Shown here in pieces: positions 44,435 through 53,187 of a stretch of DNA of 64,000 bases. Both the position numbers and the translations under genes were made by a program. Position 1 is the first letter of the stretch. Each line of letters opens with the position of its first letter. Below the pieces are notes generated by a model. That model was not told where the DNA came from and made no database searches. It was given only the letters and a program-made list of their open reading frames with translations. The stretch covers positions 3,713-67,712 of the IMG/VR virus record IMGVR_UViG_3300037722_000699, one strand, 5' to 3'. This DNA comes from a virus.

Positions 44435-44659
44435 TTAGGCGGTGCGTTTCTGCGGTATCATGTGCGCGTTCTTGGGCAGGACGCCGACGCGGATTCTGCC
44501 GACCCCTTTGCTGTTCTCGCATACTACTGCATGCCAGAACGGGAGGCTGCATTCTGAGCAGACAGAGCGCTCAGCCGTAGCGTAGCCAAGCCCGTTCGGC
44601 GCAGGCGCGCACAGCATGAACCCCATGGTGCAGCGCTTGCACTGCTTGAAGCCTTCCAT
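44435..44659 (-). CDS. Small Zn-finger protein
   Basis: CKRC and CSEC; TAATG coupling. Confidence 0.5.
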   Translation of the reverse strand: MEGFKQCKRCTMGFMLCAPAPNGLGYATAERSVCSECSLPFWHAVVCENSKGVGRIRVGVLPKNAHMIPQKRTA

Positions 44660-44799
44660 TACCTCTCGCCCTCCAGCAGCGTTTCGGCTTTCGCTCGCGC
44701 CCATTCGGCCATTAGCTTTGCGGCGCCGCGCTGGCCAGTGGCCTTCAAGGCTTTGGCCCATGCGACGGCTAGGAGAATGTCGCGCTTGGCTTTGCTCAT
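44659..44799 (-). CDS. 46-aa hypothetical protein
   Basis: MSKAKRDILLAVAW...; coupled on both sides. Confidence 0.45.
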   Translation of the reverse strand: MSKAKRDILLAVAWAKALKATGQRGAAKLMAEWARAKAETLLEGER

Positions 44800-45998
44800 T
44801 GCGCGCCACCAGTGAACAGCGGCAGATCATGCCCGCCGGCTTTCTCAGGCTCTTGCTCGGCCTTGCGCGCCAGCCAGTGGCGGCCTTCGCCCCGGTAGTA
44901 GGCCAGGCGCTCCTGAATATCGGCGTGATACTCGGCTTCGCGCTCGATCAGCACGGCGTTGAAGCCTTCCGCCATGCAGGCAATGCCCGTGGTGCCGGAA
45001 CCGGCGAAGGGGTCCAGCACTGTGCCGCCCGGCGGCGTCACCAGACGCACTAACCAGCGCATCAGGTCGACGGGCTTTACCGTGGGGTGCTTGGAGCCCC
45101 AGCGGTCTTCCTTGTCTGCTTTGGCGGAGTAAAAGAAGCGGGCAGCGGTGCCGGTGTCACCAAAGCTGGCATTTATCTGCCCGTCTCGTGAAGCATATTC
45201 GCCGTAGACTGCTTTCGATGCAGAACCGCTCGCGCGCGCATATGGCTGGGGGCTCTTACTCTCCCCAAACGCCGCGAACGCTTCCAGCACTTCCTCGCTG
45301 CCGTCGTGGCAGACGTTGGCGGGCCAGCGGCCCTTGTCGCTGCGGTCCTCGATTGGATTACGAAGAGAACCGTCAATGGCCGCAGAAAGGGCGACGCCCT
45401 TGCCTGCAGGCTGCCGCCATGGGCGATTATTTTCTGCGTCGATTCGACAGGAACCGATATTCAGCGCCCCGGTGCCATGCTCCAGCACGTTCGCGCCGAC
45501 GGATGATTCGGACAATGGCTTGCGGGCCAATATGATAGGCTCCCAGGCGGGCTTGAGGGCCGTGCCCCAGCCTTCCCATTCGCCCTTCATGTTGTGACTC
45601 TTTGGAAACCCGCTCCCGTATAGCCAACTAACGCAGTCGCGAATCTCGAAGCCACCGCCCTCAATGGCCCAGCCGATGCGATGAAAGGTCCGCGTGCCGC
45701 CGAACGCCAACAGGTGTCCGCCCGGTTTTAGCAGCTCGTAGCAGAGGCCCCAAGTTTGCGGATGAAAGCTGATACCGCCGCCGTCCCATTCCTTGCCCAT
45801 GAAACCGCGCGCGGATCGCTCATAGACTCCCGTTGCGCCGTTGCTCTTGGTCGGCGCACTGCCGGGCTTGCCGAATCGCTTCACGATGCTGGTCAGGTGG
45901 TAGGGACAATCTGTCACGATGGCATCGAATCGCACGCCTTCCTCGACCATGCGTTTCATGGCCACGCGACAGTCATCGTGGTAAACTTCGATACTCAC
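44796..45998 (-). CDS. N4/N6 DNA methyltransferase (beta class)
   Basis: Motif IV variant TDCPY, HPTVKP, and motif I VLDPFAGSGTTG. Confidence 0.9.
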   Translation of the reverse strand: MSIEVYHDDCRVAMKRMVEEGVRFDAIVTDCPYHLTSIVKRFGKPGSAPTKSNGATGVYERSARGFMGKEWDGGGISFHPQTWGLCYELLKPGGHLLAFGGTRTFHRIGWAIEGGGFEIRDCVSWLYGSGFPKSHNMKGEWEGWGTALKPAWEPIILARKPLSESSVGANVLEHGTGALNIGSCRIDAENNRPWRQPAGKGVALSAAIDGSLRNPIEDRSDKGRWPANVCHDGSEEVLEAFAAFGESKSPQPYARASGSASKAVYGEYASRDGQINASFGDTGTAARFFYSAKADKEDRWGSKHPTVKPVDLMRWLVRLVTPPGGTVLDPFAGSGTTGIACMAEGFNAVLIEREAEYHADIQERLAYYRGEGRHWLARKAEQEPEKAGGHDLPLFTGGAQ

Positions 45999-46270
45999 GT
46001 CTGCCCCTCCGCCTCATGTGTGCGGGCTGCCTTCTCCAGTTCATCCATCAATGCTAAGATGGCTCGTTTCGCAGGCATCGGCAGAGATGCAAAGCGAGCT
46101 GTGACGGCCCAATCGTTGTCAGGCACTACAGCGGCTTTGACCTTTTCTGCACTTTTCAGGCCGTCATACACTGCCGAGTAGGTACGGTTGTAAATTTCGG
46201 GCGGCTGGTCATGCAGCCCCCGCATGATATGCTCCGTAAGACTGCCAGCGAGATCAGCCGGCGTTTTCAT
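45995..46270 (-). CDS. Small hypothetical protein
   Basis: Coupled ORF of 91 aa. Confidence 0.5.
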   Translation of the reverse strand: MKTPADLAGSLTEHIMRGLHDQPPEIYNRTYSAVYDGLKSAEKVKAAVVPDNDWAVTARFASLPMPAKRAILALMDELEKAARTHEAEGQT

Positions 46271-46286
46271 CGCCTTGCCCTCTTGC

Positions 46287-46694
46287 TCACGTCTGCCGCT
46301 CCGCCGCCCGTGGCCATGGCGATTCGTATGGCGGGCGCTTAAAGGGCCGGGACGGAATGACGCGGCCGTTGTGGGCGGATATGGGCTGGGCCAGCTTCTT
46401 GGCTATGCGCTTGCACTTTGCTATCCGTTGCAAGTCGCCGCTGCCGTTGCTGCTGTTCCTGGACGTGCCCTTGCGGCCATAGGTTTTCGTCTTGGTGTGC
46501 CCGGCTATCCAAAGCGCGTCAGGCTTGCTGGTGCCGCCAAGGCCGAAGGCATGGGTATGTTCTTCGATGAGGTCATGGCCTTCCATGCTCTCGCCACAGC
46601 CACAGCCGCACTTGCCGTCCTGGGCCTGCCACATGGCGGCTCGAGCGGCCTTCGTGAGGCGGGCGCGCTTCATGCGTCGAAGCCTCTCCGCCAT
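46287..46694 (-). CDS. Degenerate HNH-like protein
   Basis: CGCGCG...EEHTHAFGLGG...GHTKTKT pattern; the second Cys pair is missing. Confidence 0.55.
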   Translation of the reverse strand: MAERLRRMKRARLTKAARAAMWQAQDGKCGCGCGESMEGHDLIEEHTHAFGLGGTSKPDALWIAGHTKTKTYGRKGTSRNSSNGSGDLQRIAKCKRIAKKLAQPISAHNGRVIPSRPFKRPPYESPWPRAAERQT

Positions 46695-46882
46695 CGCTCG
46701 AATTGCGTCACGTCGGGCGTTTCTTCTCGATCTATGGTAGGATCGGCCATGGCGTTGAGCAGCTCCATCATGGAGTCACCCTCGATAATCCGCTGCCCAT
46801 TATCGAGCACGTGACACTTCACTTCGACACCCAGGAGATGGAAACTGCCGGACCACACAGCCTTTGGAATATCGTCAGTCAC
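46670..46882 (-). CDS. Small protein resembling the P63C N-terminal region
   Basis: GTG start; GSFHLLGVEVKCHVLDNGQRII. Confidence 0.45.
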   Translation of the reverse strand: MTDDIPKAVWSGSFHLLGVEVKCHVLDNGQRIIEGDSMMELLNAMADPTIDREETPDVTQFERWRRGFDA

Positions 46883-47061
46883 TATGCCGCCCTCCTTGCC
46901 GCATCCCGCCGAATCTCTTTTGCCCGCACCAGCGCACGCCATGCCTTGGACATTTTCCGGTAGAATGGCAGGTGACGCGCGCCGCTCTCCCGTGCCAGCA
47001 CGTAGGCGTAGGATGCTTCATAGAAGACCTGTTCGGCGTCGGTCAGCGGTTCGCGCTTCAT
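46882..47061 (-). CDS. Small basic hypothetical protein
   Basis: ATG 47061; coupled. Confidence 0.5.
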   Translation of the reverse strand: MKREPLTDAEQVFYEASYAYVLARESGARHLPFYRKMSKAWRALVRAKEIRRDAARRAA

Positions 47062-47294
47062 GCCTTGACGCTCTGCTTCAGCGCCGCGAACTCTTCGGAG
47101 TCCATGACGCACAGGTCGCCCTCTTCGGCGTCCCACTCATACCAAACCTGCCCCGCCTCCTCGGCCGTGATGGGCCGCTCAATGCCCAAGCCGTGCTTGA
47201 CGAACAGTTCCTGAAAGTCGGCTCCGTCGATATCCATGCAGTCGTGCGCGCGATACATGGCCACCAGCTCGACAACGAATGCGTTGATGTTCAT
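47058..47294 (-). CDS. Small acidic hypothetical protein
   Basis: ATG 47294 overlaps the VRR-NUC stop. Confidence 0.5.
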   Translation of the reverse strand: MNINAFVVELVAMYRAHDCMDIDGADFQELFVKHGLGIERPITAEEAGQVWYEWDAEEGDLCVMDSEEFAALKQSVKA

Positions 47295-47659
47295 GTTGCC
47301 AACTTCCCGCGCAAGGGCATGAACGCCGATAGATATTCCTCGACTTCTGAAAGCGAGCTGCACATCGCCACGTAAGCGCCGGCCTTCACCAGCGAGCGAG
47401 TGGTTTCATGCTGCCGTTCTGAAAGCTTTCGTCCCGGAGCCTTCAACTCTATGAAGATCGGACGGCTTTCGTGTATGATACAGAGGTCAGGCACGCCGGC
47501 CTTTTGGCCCATCGCTTTCGCAACTCCAGCCTCGGCCTTGGTGCGCTTGTAGCCGTTCGGGATGGCGAACCACACAGCGTCCTCGGGCAGCGCAATGTCG
47601 AGGTACTGCGCTACGGAACGCTGCAGGGCTTCCTCGGGTCTGTTGCGGATGCGGGTCAT
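47291..47659 (-). CDS. VRR-NUC domain nuclease
   Basis: EEALQ...AGVPDL...FIELKAPGRKLSERQ. Confidence 0.88.
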   Translation of the reverse strand: MTRIRNRPEEALQRSVAQYLDIALPEDAVWFAIPNGYKRTKAEAGVAKAMGQKAGVPDLCIIHESRPIFIELKAPGRKLSERQHETTRSLVKAGAYVAMCSSLSEVEEYLSAFMPLRGKLAT

Positions 47660-48345
47660 GCGGCTACCTCACCCCTGTCGCGGCAGAGCGGCCGGCGCAG
47701 GGGAGGCTGACGCCGACACGCTCTGCCGCTTGCGACGGCTGCGAAGATGAAACGCATGGCCGTCGCTGGGCCCGGCCTCGGGGGAGAGCCGGGACGCTGC
47801 TTGGTGAGAGACCGCAGGCCGGGCGCTACTCCGGCTGCCATCCTTAATTAGCTGGACTACGGCGGGCGTCCCCGACTTACGGAGTAGATGGCCTGCCAAG
47901 CTAGGGGCGTGTCTGCTTTCCACGCCGCCACGGTCTCTCACGAAACAGCGACTCGCTGCTTGGGAGGACAACGCGGCGGTAGCTGCGCCCCGAGACAGCC
48001 GTGCGCAGGGCCGGAACCGCTTTCCAAGTGCGCCGCGTCGCCCACCGAAACAGCGAATGCGAAAGAATCGGCCGGCCCCGCCGTTGCATTGCGCAGAGCG
48101 GGAGCCGGCCAGTTTCAGGGAGGATTCACGTCTGGGAGAAGTAGGCGTGGGCCTTCCACCCACTCGGCCGATATAGGTCACCCTCGACTGAGGGCTGCGG
48201 TCGTTTCCCGCCGTCACCACCTCGCTACCGGTTTGAAGGGGACCGTTTTGGGTGGGCCCGTCAACTCGTACCCCACAGGTGCCCCTAACCGGCCCTCTCA
48301 GGCCATGCGCGCCGGGGCCGTGCGCTGCATTCTGTGGGCGGGAGG
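47660..48345 (-). ncRNA. Probably non-coding, densely structured segment of about 690 nt
   Basis: Multiple perfect stems, including the nested pairs 47805-14/47931-40 and 47826-32/47881-87; the ORFs here look spurious. Confidence 0.35.
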
Positions 48346-48816
48346 TCATGATGCGGGCTCCAGAATGAAGCAAGCGATATGCCGGCCAGTGCCCTTGCCC
48401 TGGGATCCGTCCTCGGTCGCGAGCCAGCGCACGTCGCCCAGGTTGCGGACTTGCGCCCCTGCCGCGAGCAGCATCAATACCCACTTGTCGATCGGGTAGA
48501 CGAGCACGACACGCTTACTCTTGCCGTGCTCTTCAATCGCCTTGCGCGCCCAAGCCGTTGGCCCCTTCTTCTTGCCGTCGTGAATGATCGAGCCGAATGG
48601 TGGGTTGACGTAGCTGGACGCGCCCCACTCGCAGGTCAGGCCGTCGAAGTCGTCGGGCTTCGGGTGCGGGCAGGGATCAAAGTCGAAGGCGAACTCGGCG
48701 TCCAGCGCCTCCAGCAGATCCGGCGGTGTCAGCCAGTAGTGCTTGCCATCCTCGCCGTTGCCGGCATGGAACTTGTTGTCGATCGTCTTTGGCGGCGTGC
48801 CGAATAGGTCGCTCAC
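48346..48816 (-). CDS. Phage DNA N6-adenine methyltransferase (Dam-type)
   Basis: GTG 48816; WLTP, FDFDPC, DGL..W and NPPF motifs. Confidence 0.88.
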   Translation of the reverse strand: MSDLFGTPPKTIDNKFHAGNGEDGKHYWLTPPDLLEALDAEFAFDFDPCPHPKPDDFDGLTCEWGASSYVNPPFGSIIHDGKKKGPTAWARKAIEEHGKSKRVVLVYPIDKWVLMLLAAGAQVRNLGDVRWLATEDGSQGKGTGRHIACFILEPAS

Positions 48817-49061
48817 AGCCCCCTCCCCCTCAGCGTCACCACGTTCGCCGCCTTCGGGCTGCGCCGGGACACGGCCGGGTATTCGTTGTCGTGGCAGTAG
48901 ACTGTCGCGCCCGATGCCCAATGCTCGACAGGCGGGCGCATGCGTTCCAGTTCTGCATCGACGCGGGCATGCCACCTGTCGCGCTCGCGGCGCTTGCCCG
49001 GCTCGTAGCAGGCCCAGGCTGTCACGGCGGCGGCGAGAAGGACGAGGATGGGGAGGGTCAT
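48813..49061 (-). CDS. Small membrane-anchored protein
   Basis: N-terminal hydrophobic helix; coupled. Confidence 0.5.
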   Translation of the reverse strand: MTLPILVLLAAAVTAWACYEPGKRRERDRWHARVDAELERMRPPVEHWASGATVYCHDNEYPAVSRRSPKAANVVTLRGRGL

Positions 49062-49165
49062 GCGGCCCCCAAGGCGATAGCCAGCACAAGCCCAACCGCA
49101 TAAATGGCGAGCACTGCTCCCGCGAATATCCAGTCTGCTCTTGTCAGCCGCGTCATCCGGGCCAT
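49058..49165 (-). CDS. 35-aa TM peptide
   Basis: MARMTRLTRADWIFAGAVLAIYAVGLVLAIALGAA; coupled. Confidence 0.45.
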   Translation of the reverse strand: MARMTRLTRADWIFAGAVLAIYAVGLVLAIALGAA

Positions 49166-49395
49166 CACTTCACCATCCTGGGCCGGCTGCCGTTCGGGGC
49201 GGCCAAGGCGCGCACCAGCCACTCCGCCGGGGCTATCTCGCGCCGTCTCTTGGCGGCTGCGAAAAATGCCGGCCGCTTCTCGGGCGACGGATATCCGGCG
49301 CGCGCCCATTGGTGGCGCTCCCAATTGGTCATGGCGTTGATGATGTATTGGTCGCCGCTGAGCAGCGCGTTGCAGTGCAGCCGCTTCGCCGTCAT
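49165..49395 (-). CDS. Small basic hypothetical protein
   Basis: ATG 49395; MTNWERHQWARAGY motif. Confidence 0.45.
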   Translation of the reverse strand: MTAKRLHCNALLSGDQYIINAMTNWERHQWARAGYPSPEKRPAFFAAAKRRREIAPAEWLVRALAAPNGSRPRMVK

Positions 49396-49748
49396 GCTCT
49401 TGCAGCGACGAAAGCGGGCGAACTTGGGGGAGCGCAGGCGGCGGGTCACGGCGCCCTCCCGTTCACGATCGCCACCGCGCGGAACCACAGGCAGCCGAGC
49501 GCGGTCCCGATCAGCAGCAGGGCCAGCGCCCACCAAGCGACGAAACCCAGCGCCAGCACGAACACGAGGCCGGCGAGCAGGGGCAGCCCGAGCCATGTCC
49601 AGTGGTAACTTTGTTGCGATCTTGTGACAGAGTTGCGACCAAAGGTTGTTATCCACAGGCCGTTCGTGTTCTGCTGATCGAAACGAACCGGGATGCTGAC
49701 CCTCGTCGCGCTGTAAAGAGCGCCATTCGATTGGACTGCTGCCATGCG

Positions 49749-49988
49749 TCAGCCCCCGTTTCGCCGGCCGTTCTTGCGGCTGGTCTGGGTCGGCCCCGCT
49801 CCGTTGGTCAGCAGATCGGCCGCTGTGACGGCCCCCCCGGTTTCCCGGATAATGGCTTCGCGGGTGTCCCGATTCGGCTCGACTAGCCCTCTGGCGATCC
49901 GGAAAACCGTTGTGCGGTCGCGGTTTATCCGCCCCGCGAATTCCTTTTCGCTTATCCCTTTGGTGCTAAGCCACTCAGAAAGTTGCAT
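49749..49988 (-). CDS. cro: Cro-like HTH regulator
   Basis: MQLSEWLSTKGISEKEFAGRINRDRTTVFRIARG; divergent from the repressor; AAGG SD. Confidence 0.8.
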   Translation of the reverse strand: MQLSEWLSTKGISEKEFAGRINRDRTTVFRIARGLVEPNRDTREAIIRETGGAVTAADLLTNGAGPTQTSRKNGRRNGG

Positions 49989-50012
49989 TATGCCCTTCCT
50001 TTCCGGCAATAG

Positions 50013-50084
50013 TGCACCATATGCAACATTGATGCAAGCGGAATTTGCTCCACGGTTCATGGCGCTGCCGTTGCACCGCGTGCA
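50013..50084. promoter_or_regulatory. Operators TGCA-N5-TGCA between cro and cI
   Basis: TGCAccataTGCA at 50013-25 and TTGCAccgcgTGCAA at 50071-85. Confidence 0.65.
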
Positions 50085-50421
50085 ATATCGGGCCGTGGCA
50101 AACGACAGTAGATTACCGAGCCTGGTGCTGCGCGATCTGCGCCAAGCCCGGAATCTGAGCCTGGAGGCCGTGGCCGCTGCGGTTGATACGACCCGCGAGC
50201 ATTTATCCAAGATCGAGCGGGACGAGGCCGACGCCAGTCTGGCCCTTTTGCGCCGTTTGGCCGACTACTTCGGCAAAGACCTCCATGACCTGTTCCGGTC
50301 CTCCCGCCCCTTGTCCGACGACGAACAAGACCTGATCAGCGGCTACCGCACCCTGCCCTCTCAGCAGCGGGACGCCGTTCGGTCCCTGACCCGATCTCTC
50401 AGCTCCTCCGGCGCAGCCTGA
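50059..50421 (+). CDS. cI: CI-like XRE repressor (no LexA-type protease domain)
   Basis: LRDLRQARNLSLEAVAAAVDTTREHLSKIERD HTH plus a short LSDDEQDLISGYRTL C-terminus; start at ATG 50059 or GTG 50095. Confidence 0.8.
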   Translation: MALPLHRVQYRAVANDSRLPSLVLRDLRQARNLSLEAVAAAVDTTREHLSKIERDEADASLALLRRLADYFGKDLHDLFRSSRPLSDDEQDLISGYRTLPSQQRDAVRSLTRSLSSSGAA

Positions 50422-50466
50422 CCTAGTCATGGGTAGGCCGCCGGCCACGAAATAATCCTGCGTTGT

Positions 50467-50516
50467 TGCATGTGATGCACTTTCGCACTTGACCTTTGTT
50501 GCATGGTGTGCAATCT
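50467..50516 (+). promoter_or_regulatory. Early promoter region with two TGCA-N5-TGCA operators
   Basis: TGCAtgtgaTGCA at 50467-79 and TGCAtggtgTGCA at 50500-12 flank TTGACC (50489-94). Confidence 0.65.
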
Positions 50517-50542
50517 TGGCTCCAACAGTCATGGAGCTAGAG

Positions 50543-50752
50543 ATGGCCGAGGCTCAGCACAACACCCCAGACAACATCATCTTCGTCATCCACGAAACGC
50601 TGACGGACGGGTCCATCGTCTACAGCGTCCGCTTTGGTGAGCGCGAATTTGCCGCCACGGGACAGGAAGAGGCCGAGGATTTTGCCCATGCCCTTGCGGA
50701 CGCTATCAACGACTACACGACTGAGACCGCTGGCGTCGTGATCGAGACCTGA
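50543..50752 (+). CDS. Early hypothetical protein
   Basis: Preceded by the repeated CATGGAGCTAGAG leader. Confidence 0.6.
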   Translation: MAEAQHNTPDNIIFVIHETLTDGSIVYSVRFGEREFAATGQEEAEDFAHALADAINDYTTETAGVVIET

Positions 50753-50779
50753 CCCTCCCCCAAGCCCATGGAGCTAGAG

Positions 50780-51163
50780 ATGGCCTTCGAAGAAATCAAG
50801 CCGCTCCGCCGCGGCGGACGTCGCACCAAGGAGGGGGCTCGTGTCGCCTGCTATAAGGAGGGCGATCGCCACACCTTCACGTTGCGGGTCGGCCCCCGTC
50901 TAGCCGAAACGCTGGGCTGGCGGAAAGGCAGCAAGGTGTCGGCCCAGATCGGGGTCGGCGCCGACTGCGGCTACCTTCGCGTCGCCGGCGCTGCTGACGG
51001 GCGCTACACCTTGAGCCATGTAGGCGGTCGCCAAAAGAGCCTGTCTCTTCGCAGTTTAATTCTGGCGGACGACCAGTCTCACCCGACCGAAGACATCCAG
51101 CACCGCATCGAGGACGGCGCGCTCTACATCCGCCTGCCCGATTGGTGCAACGGCGCCGCCTAA
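50780..51163 (+). CDS. Early hypothetical protein (AbrB-like beta fold possible)
   Basis: Same leader; FTLRVGPRLAETLGWRKGSKV. Confidence 0.55.
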   Translation: MAFEEIKPLRRGGRRTKEGARVACYKEGDRHTFTLRVGPRLAETLGWRKGSKVSAQIGVGADCGYLRVAGAADGRYTLSHVGGRQKSLSLRSLILADDQSHPTEDIQHRIEDGALYIRLPDWCNGAA

Positions 51164-51186
51164 CCCCGGAGCCCATGGAGCTAGAG

Positions 51187-51837
51187 ATGAGCACGCGCTG
51201 CGCAGTCACCGTCAAAGACGACCGCCACACCTTCCACATCTACCGACACGGCGACGGCTACCCGGACGGCCCAAACGGCGTGCCGGCAACGCTTGGCCAA
51301 GCCATCCCGTTCGCTTGGCCCCTTCCTCGCTTCGAGGCCATGGATTTTGCTGCCGCCATTATTCGGGCGTGGAAGGAGCGCGGTGGCGGAAACATTTACT
51401 TCTGTGCTGACCCTGATCTGCACGGCGATCTGGAATGGCGCTACACCGTCACCTTCGAGAACGGCGCTTTGCAGATCGAGGTGTTCGACGTGTACGAGGG
51501 CGCCATAGCGTTCAAGGGGTCGTTTGAGGGGGCTGTTGCGCATTTTGCGCCGGCCACTGCCTATACCCCCGGAGCCGCCCCATGTCCACCGCCCGCCAAG
51601 CCCAGGAGCGAAACAATGCTCGAACACGCACAGACAATCGCTTTTCATATTGAGCGCCTTGCCAAGGAGCCAGGCAGTGGTTTGTCGCGTGACGCCGCGC
51701 GCGAACTTGCCGATGCGGGCCGGAGTCTAGACGAAGAGTTGGACCGGTTGGCAAGCGAAGTGCGCGCGCTCCGGAACATCGTGGCCAGTCTTCGGCGCAA
51801 GTCCGAACGGCAGCGCCCCGGCAAGAAGGCGAAGTAG
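51187..51837 (+). CDS. Early protein (MSTR...IYRHGDGYP family), apparently fused to a second small gene
   Basis: Same leader; internal AGGAG plus in-frame ATG at 51616. Confidence 0.6.
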   Translation: MSTRCAVTVKDDRHTFHIYRHGDGYPDGPNGVPATLGQAIPFAWPLPRFEAMDFAAAIIRAWKERGGGNIYFCADPDLHGDLEWRYTVTFENGALQIEVFDVYEGAIAFKGSFEGAVAHFAPATAYTPGAAPCPPPAKPRSETMLEHAQTIAFHIERLAKEPGSGLSRDAARELADAGRSLDEELDRLASEVRALRNIVASLRRKSERQRPGKKAK

Positions 51838-51859
51838 CAGCGCAACAAGGAGCGAGACG

Positions 51860-52390
51860 ATGGTTGATTTGAAGTTGGATCAAGAGCGGCTCGAACAAGC
51901 AATCGTTGACCGCGCCGTGGATGAACTGCTCGGCGGCGAAGGCCGGATTGACGTGCGAATCGGCGATGAGATCAAGCGCCAAGTGAGCGAGGTGCTGGCG
52001 AAAACGTTGCACACGAGAATCGAGGCCGCCTTGAACGAGGTAATGTCGCGAGCGCTGGACACCGAGATGCAGCCGGTCAGCGTGTGGGGCGAACGCGAAG
52101 GCAATCCCACCACCATCCGCGCCGCGCTTCACGAGCGAGCCCGAAACTTCTGGAATGAGAAGGTCGACAGCAAGGGCGAAAAATCGACTTACGGCGGCCG
52201 GCCCCGTTGGGAGCACGTCCTGTCGATCATGGCCACTAAAGAATTCGAGTCCGCGATCAAGCAAGACATCGTGAATGTCGCGGCGGCCATCAAGGACAGC
52301 GTGCGCGAGACGTTCTATGCGGAGGTCGACGCAAAGCTCAACGAGTATTTCAAGGTCAAAAGCGCCGAAGACCAGAAGCGAAAGAAGTGA
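51860..52390 (+). CDS. Early hypothetical protein
   Basis: 176 aa, helical, AAGGAG SD. Confidence 0.65.
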   Translation: MVDLKLDQERLEQAIVDRAVDELLGGEGRIDVRIGDEIKRQVSEVLAKTLHTRIEAALNEVMSRALDTEMQPVSVWGEREGNPTTIRAALHERARNFWNEKVDSKGEKSTYGGRPRWEHVLSIMATKEFESAIKQDIVNVAAAIKDSVRETFYAEVDAKLNEYFKVKSAEDQKRKK

Positions 52391-52441
52391 CCCCCGAACG
52401 GCAGCGCCAGCAGCGCGCCAAGGGCAAGTAGGAGTGAGACG

Positions 52442-52684
52442 ATGAGCCAGAGATTCAGCACTTGCCGGTTTTGCGGAGAGTCCAGCTACAACACCAGCGA
52501 GATGGTCAAGTACGGCACGCGTCACTACGCGCACCATCGCTGCTATCTGGACGCTGGCAAGCCGCTTGATGATCTGCCCGACTGGAAGATCGTCTCCTTT
52601 CCCTACCGTCTATTAGAAGAGCGCGGTCTTACTTGTGTGGCCTATGAGGCAAACCGACGACTTGCGGAGCGCGAGAACAGTTAG
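52442..52684 (+). CDS. Small Zn-finger protein
   Basis: CRFC and HHRC; AGGAG SD. Confidence 0.6.
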   Translation: MSQRFSTCRFCGESSYNTSEMVKYGTRHYAHHRCYLDAGKPLDDLPDWKIVSFPYRLLEERGLTCVAYEANRRLAERENS

Positions 52685-52724
52685 TGGCCCGCCGCGCCGG
52701 GCGGCAGGGACAGGAGAGACGAGG

Positions 52725-53129
52725 ATGAAGTTCAAACGCAAGAATGCCGAACGGCTCCGCGACTTCATTGCGAGTGAGAAATATGAGTTCGACATGGGCG
52801 AGATGTACCCGCGACCCAGATGCGGAACCGCTGGCTGCATCGGAGGCCATGCCGCCGTGCTGTGGCGTGACGTACGCACGGCCGTTGTCGGTGGAGATTA
52901 CAGTTTCTGCGACGGAACCTTGGCGCACAAATTGGGCATCAGCTATGACGCCGTGCGCTCCCTGTGCTGGGAGCCGCGCACAAGAGCGGGCCATGAGTTG
53001 CAGTACGAGCGCGTCACCCGTGCCATGGCCATTGCTGCTCTTAACGACCTCATCGCCAACAATGGCGAGCGCGTCAGGTTCCCCTCGCCTCGCAAGCGCA
53101 ACGCCTCCGCGCCGGGCGGCTCCCGGTAA
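52725..53129 (+). CDS. CGTAGC-motif protein, paralogue 1
   Basis: RCGTAGCIGGHA...LAHKLGIS...VTRAMA. Confidence 0.65.
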   Translation: MKFKRKNAERLRDFIASEKYEFDMGEMYPRPRCGTAGCIGGHAAVLWRDVRTAVVGGDYSFCDGTLAHKLGISYDAVRSLCWEPRTRAGHELQYERVTRAMAIAALNDLIANNGERVRFPSPRKRNASAPGGSR

Positions 53130-53187
53130 CCCTGGCCCTGCCCTGTCCTAGCCCCCCTGCCCGGCCGCCCGAGAAAGGGATGAAGCA

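Larger units (their letters stand above)
50530..51189 (+). repeat. 16-bp CATGGAGCTAGAGATG, three copies
   Basis: 50530-45, 50767-82 and 51174-89. Confidence 0.9.

Noticed and set aside
47669-48499. 271-aa (minus) and 203-aa (plus) ORFs in the structured region
   Set aside because: Low-complexity R/A/G/P composition, no coupling to neighbours and no motifs; better explained as non-coding.
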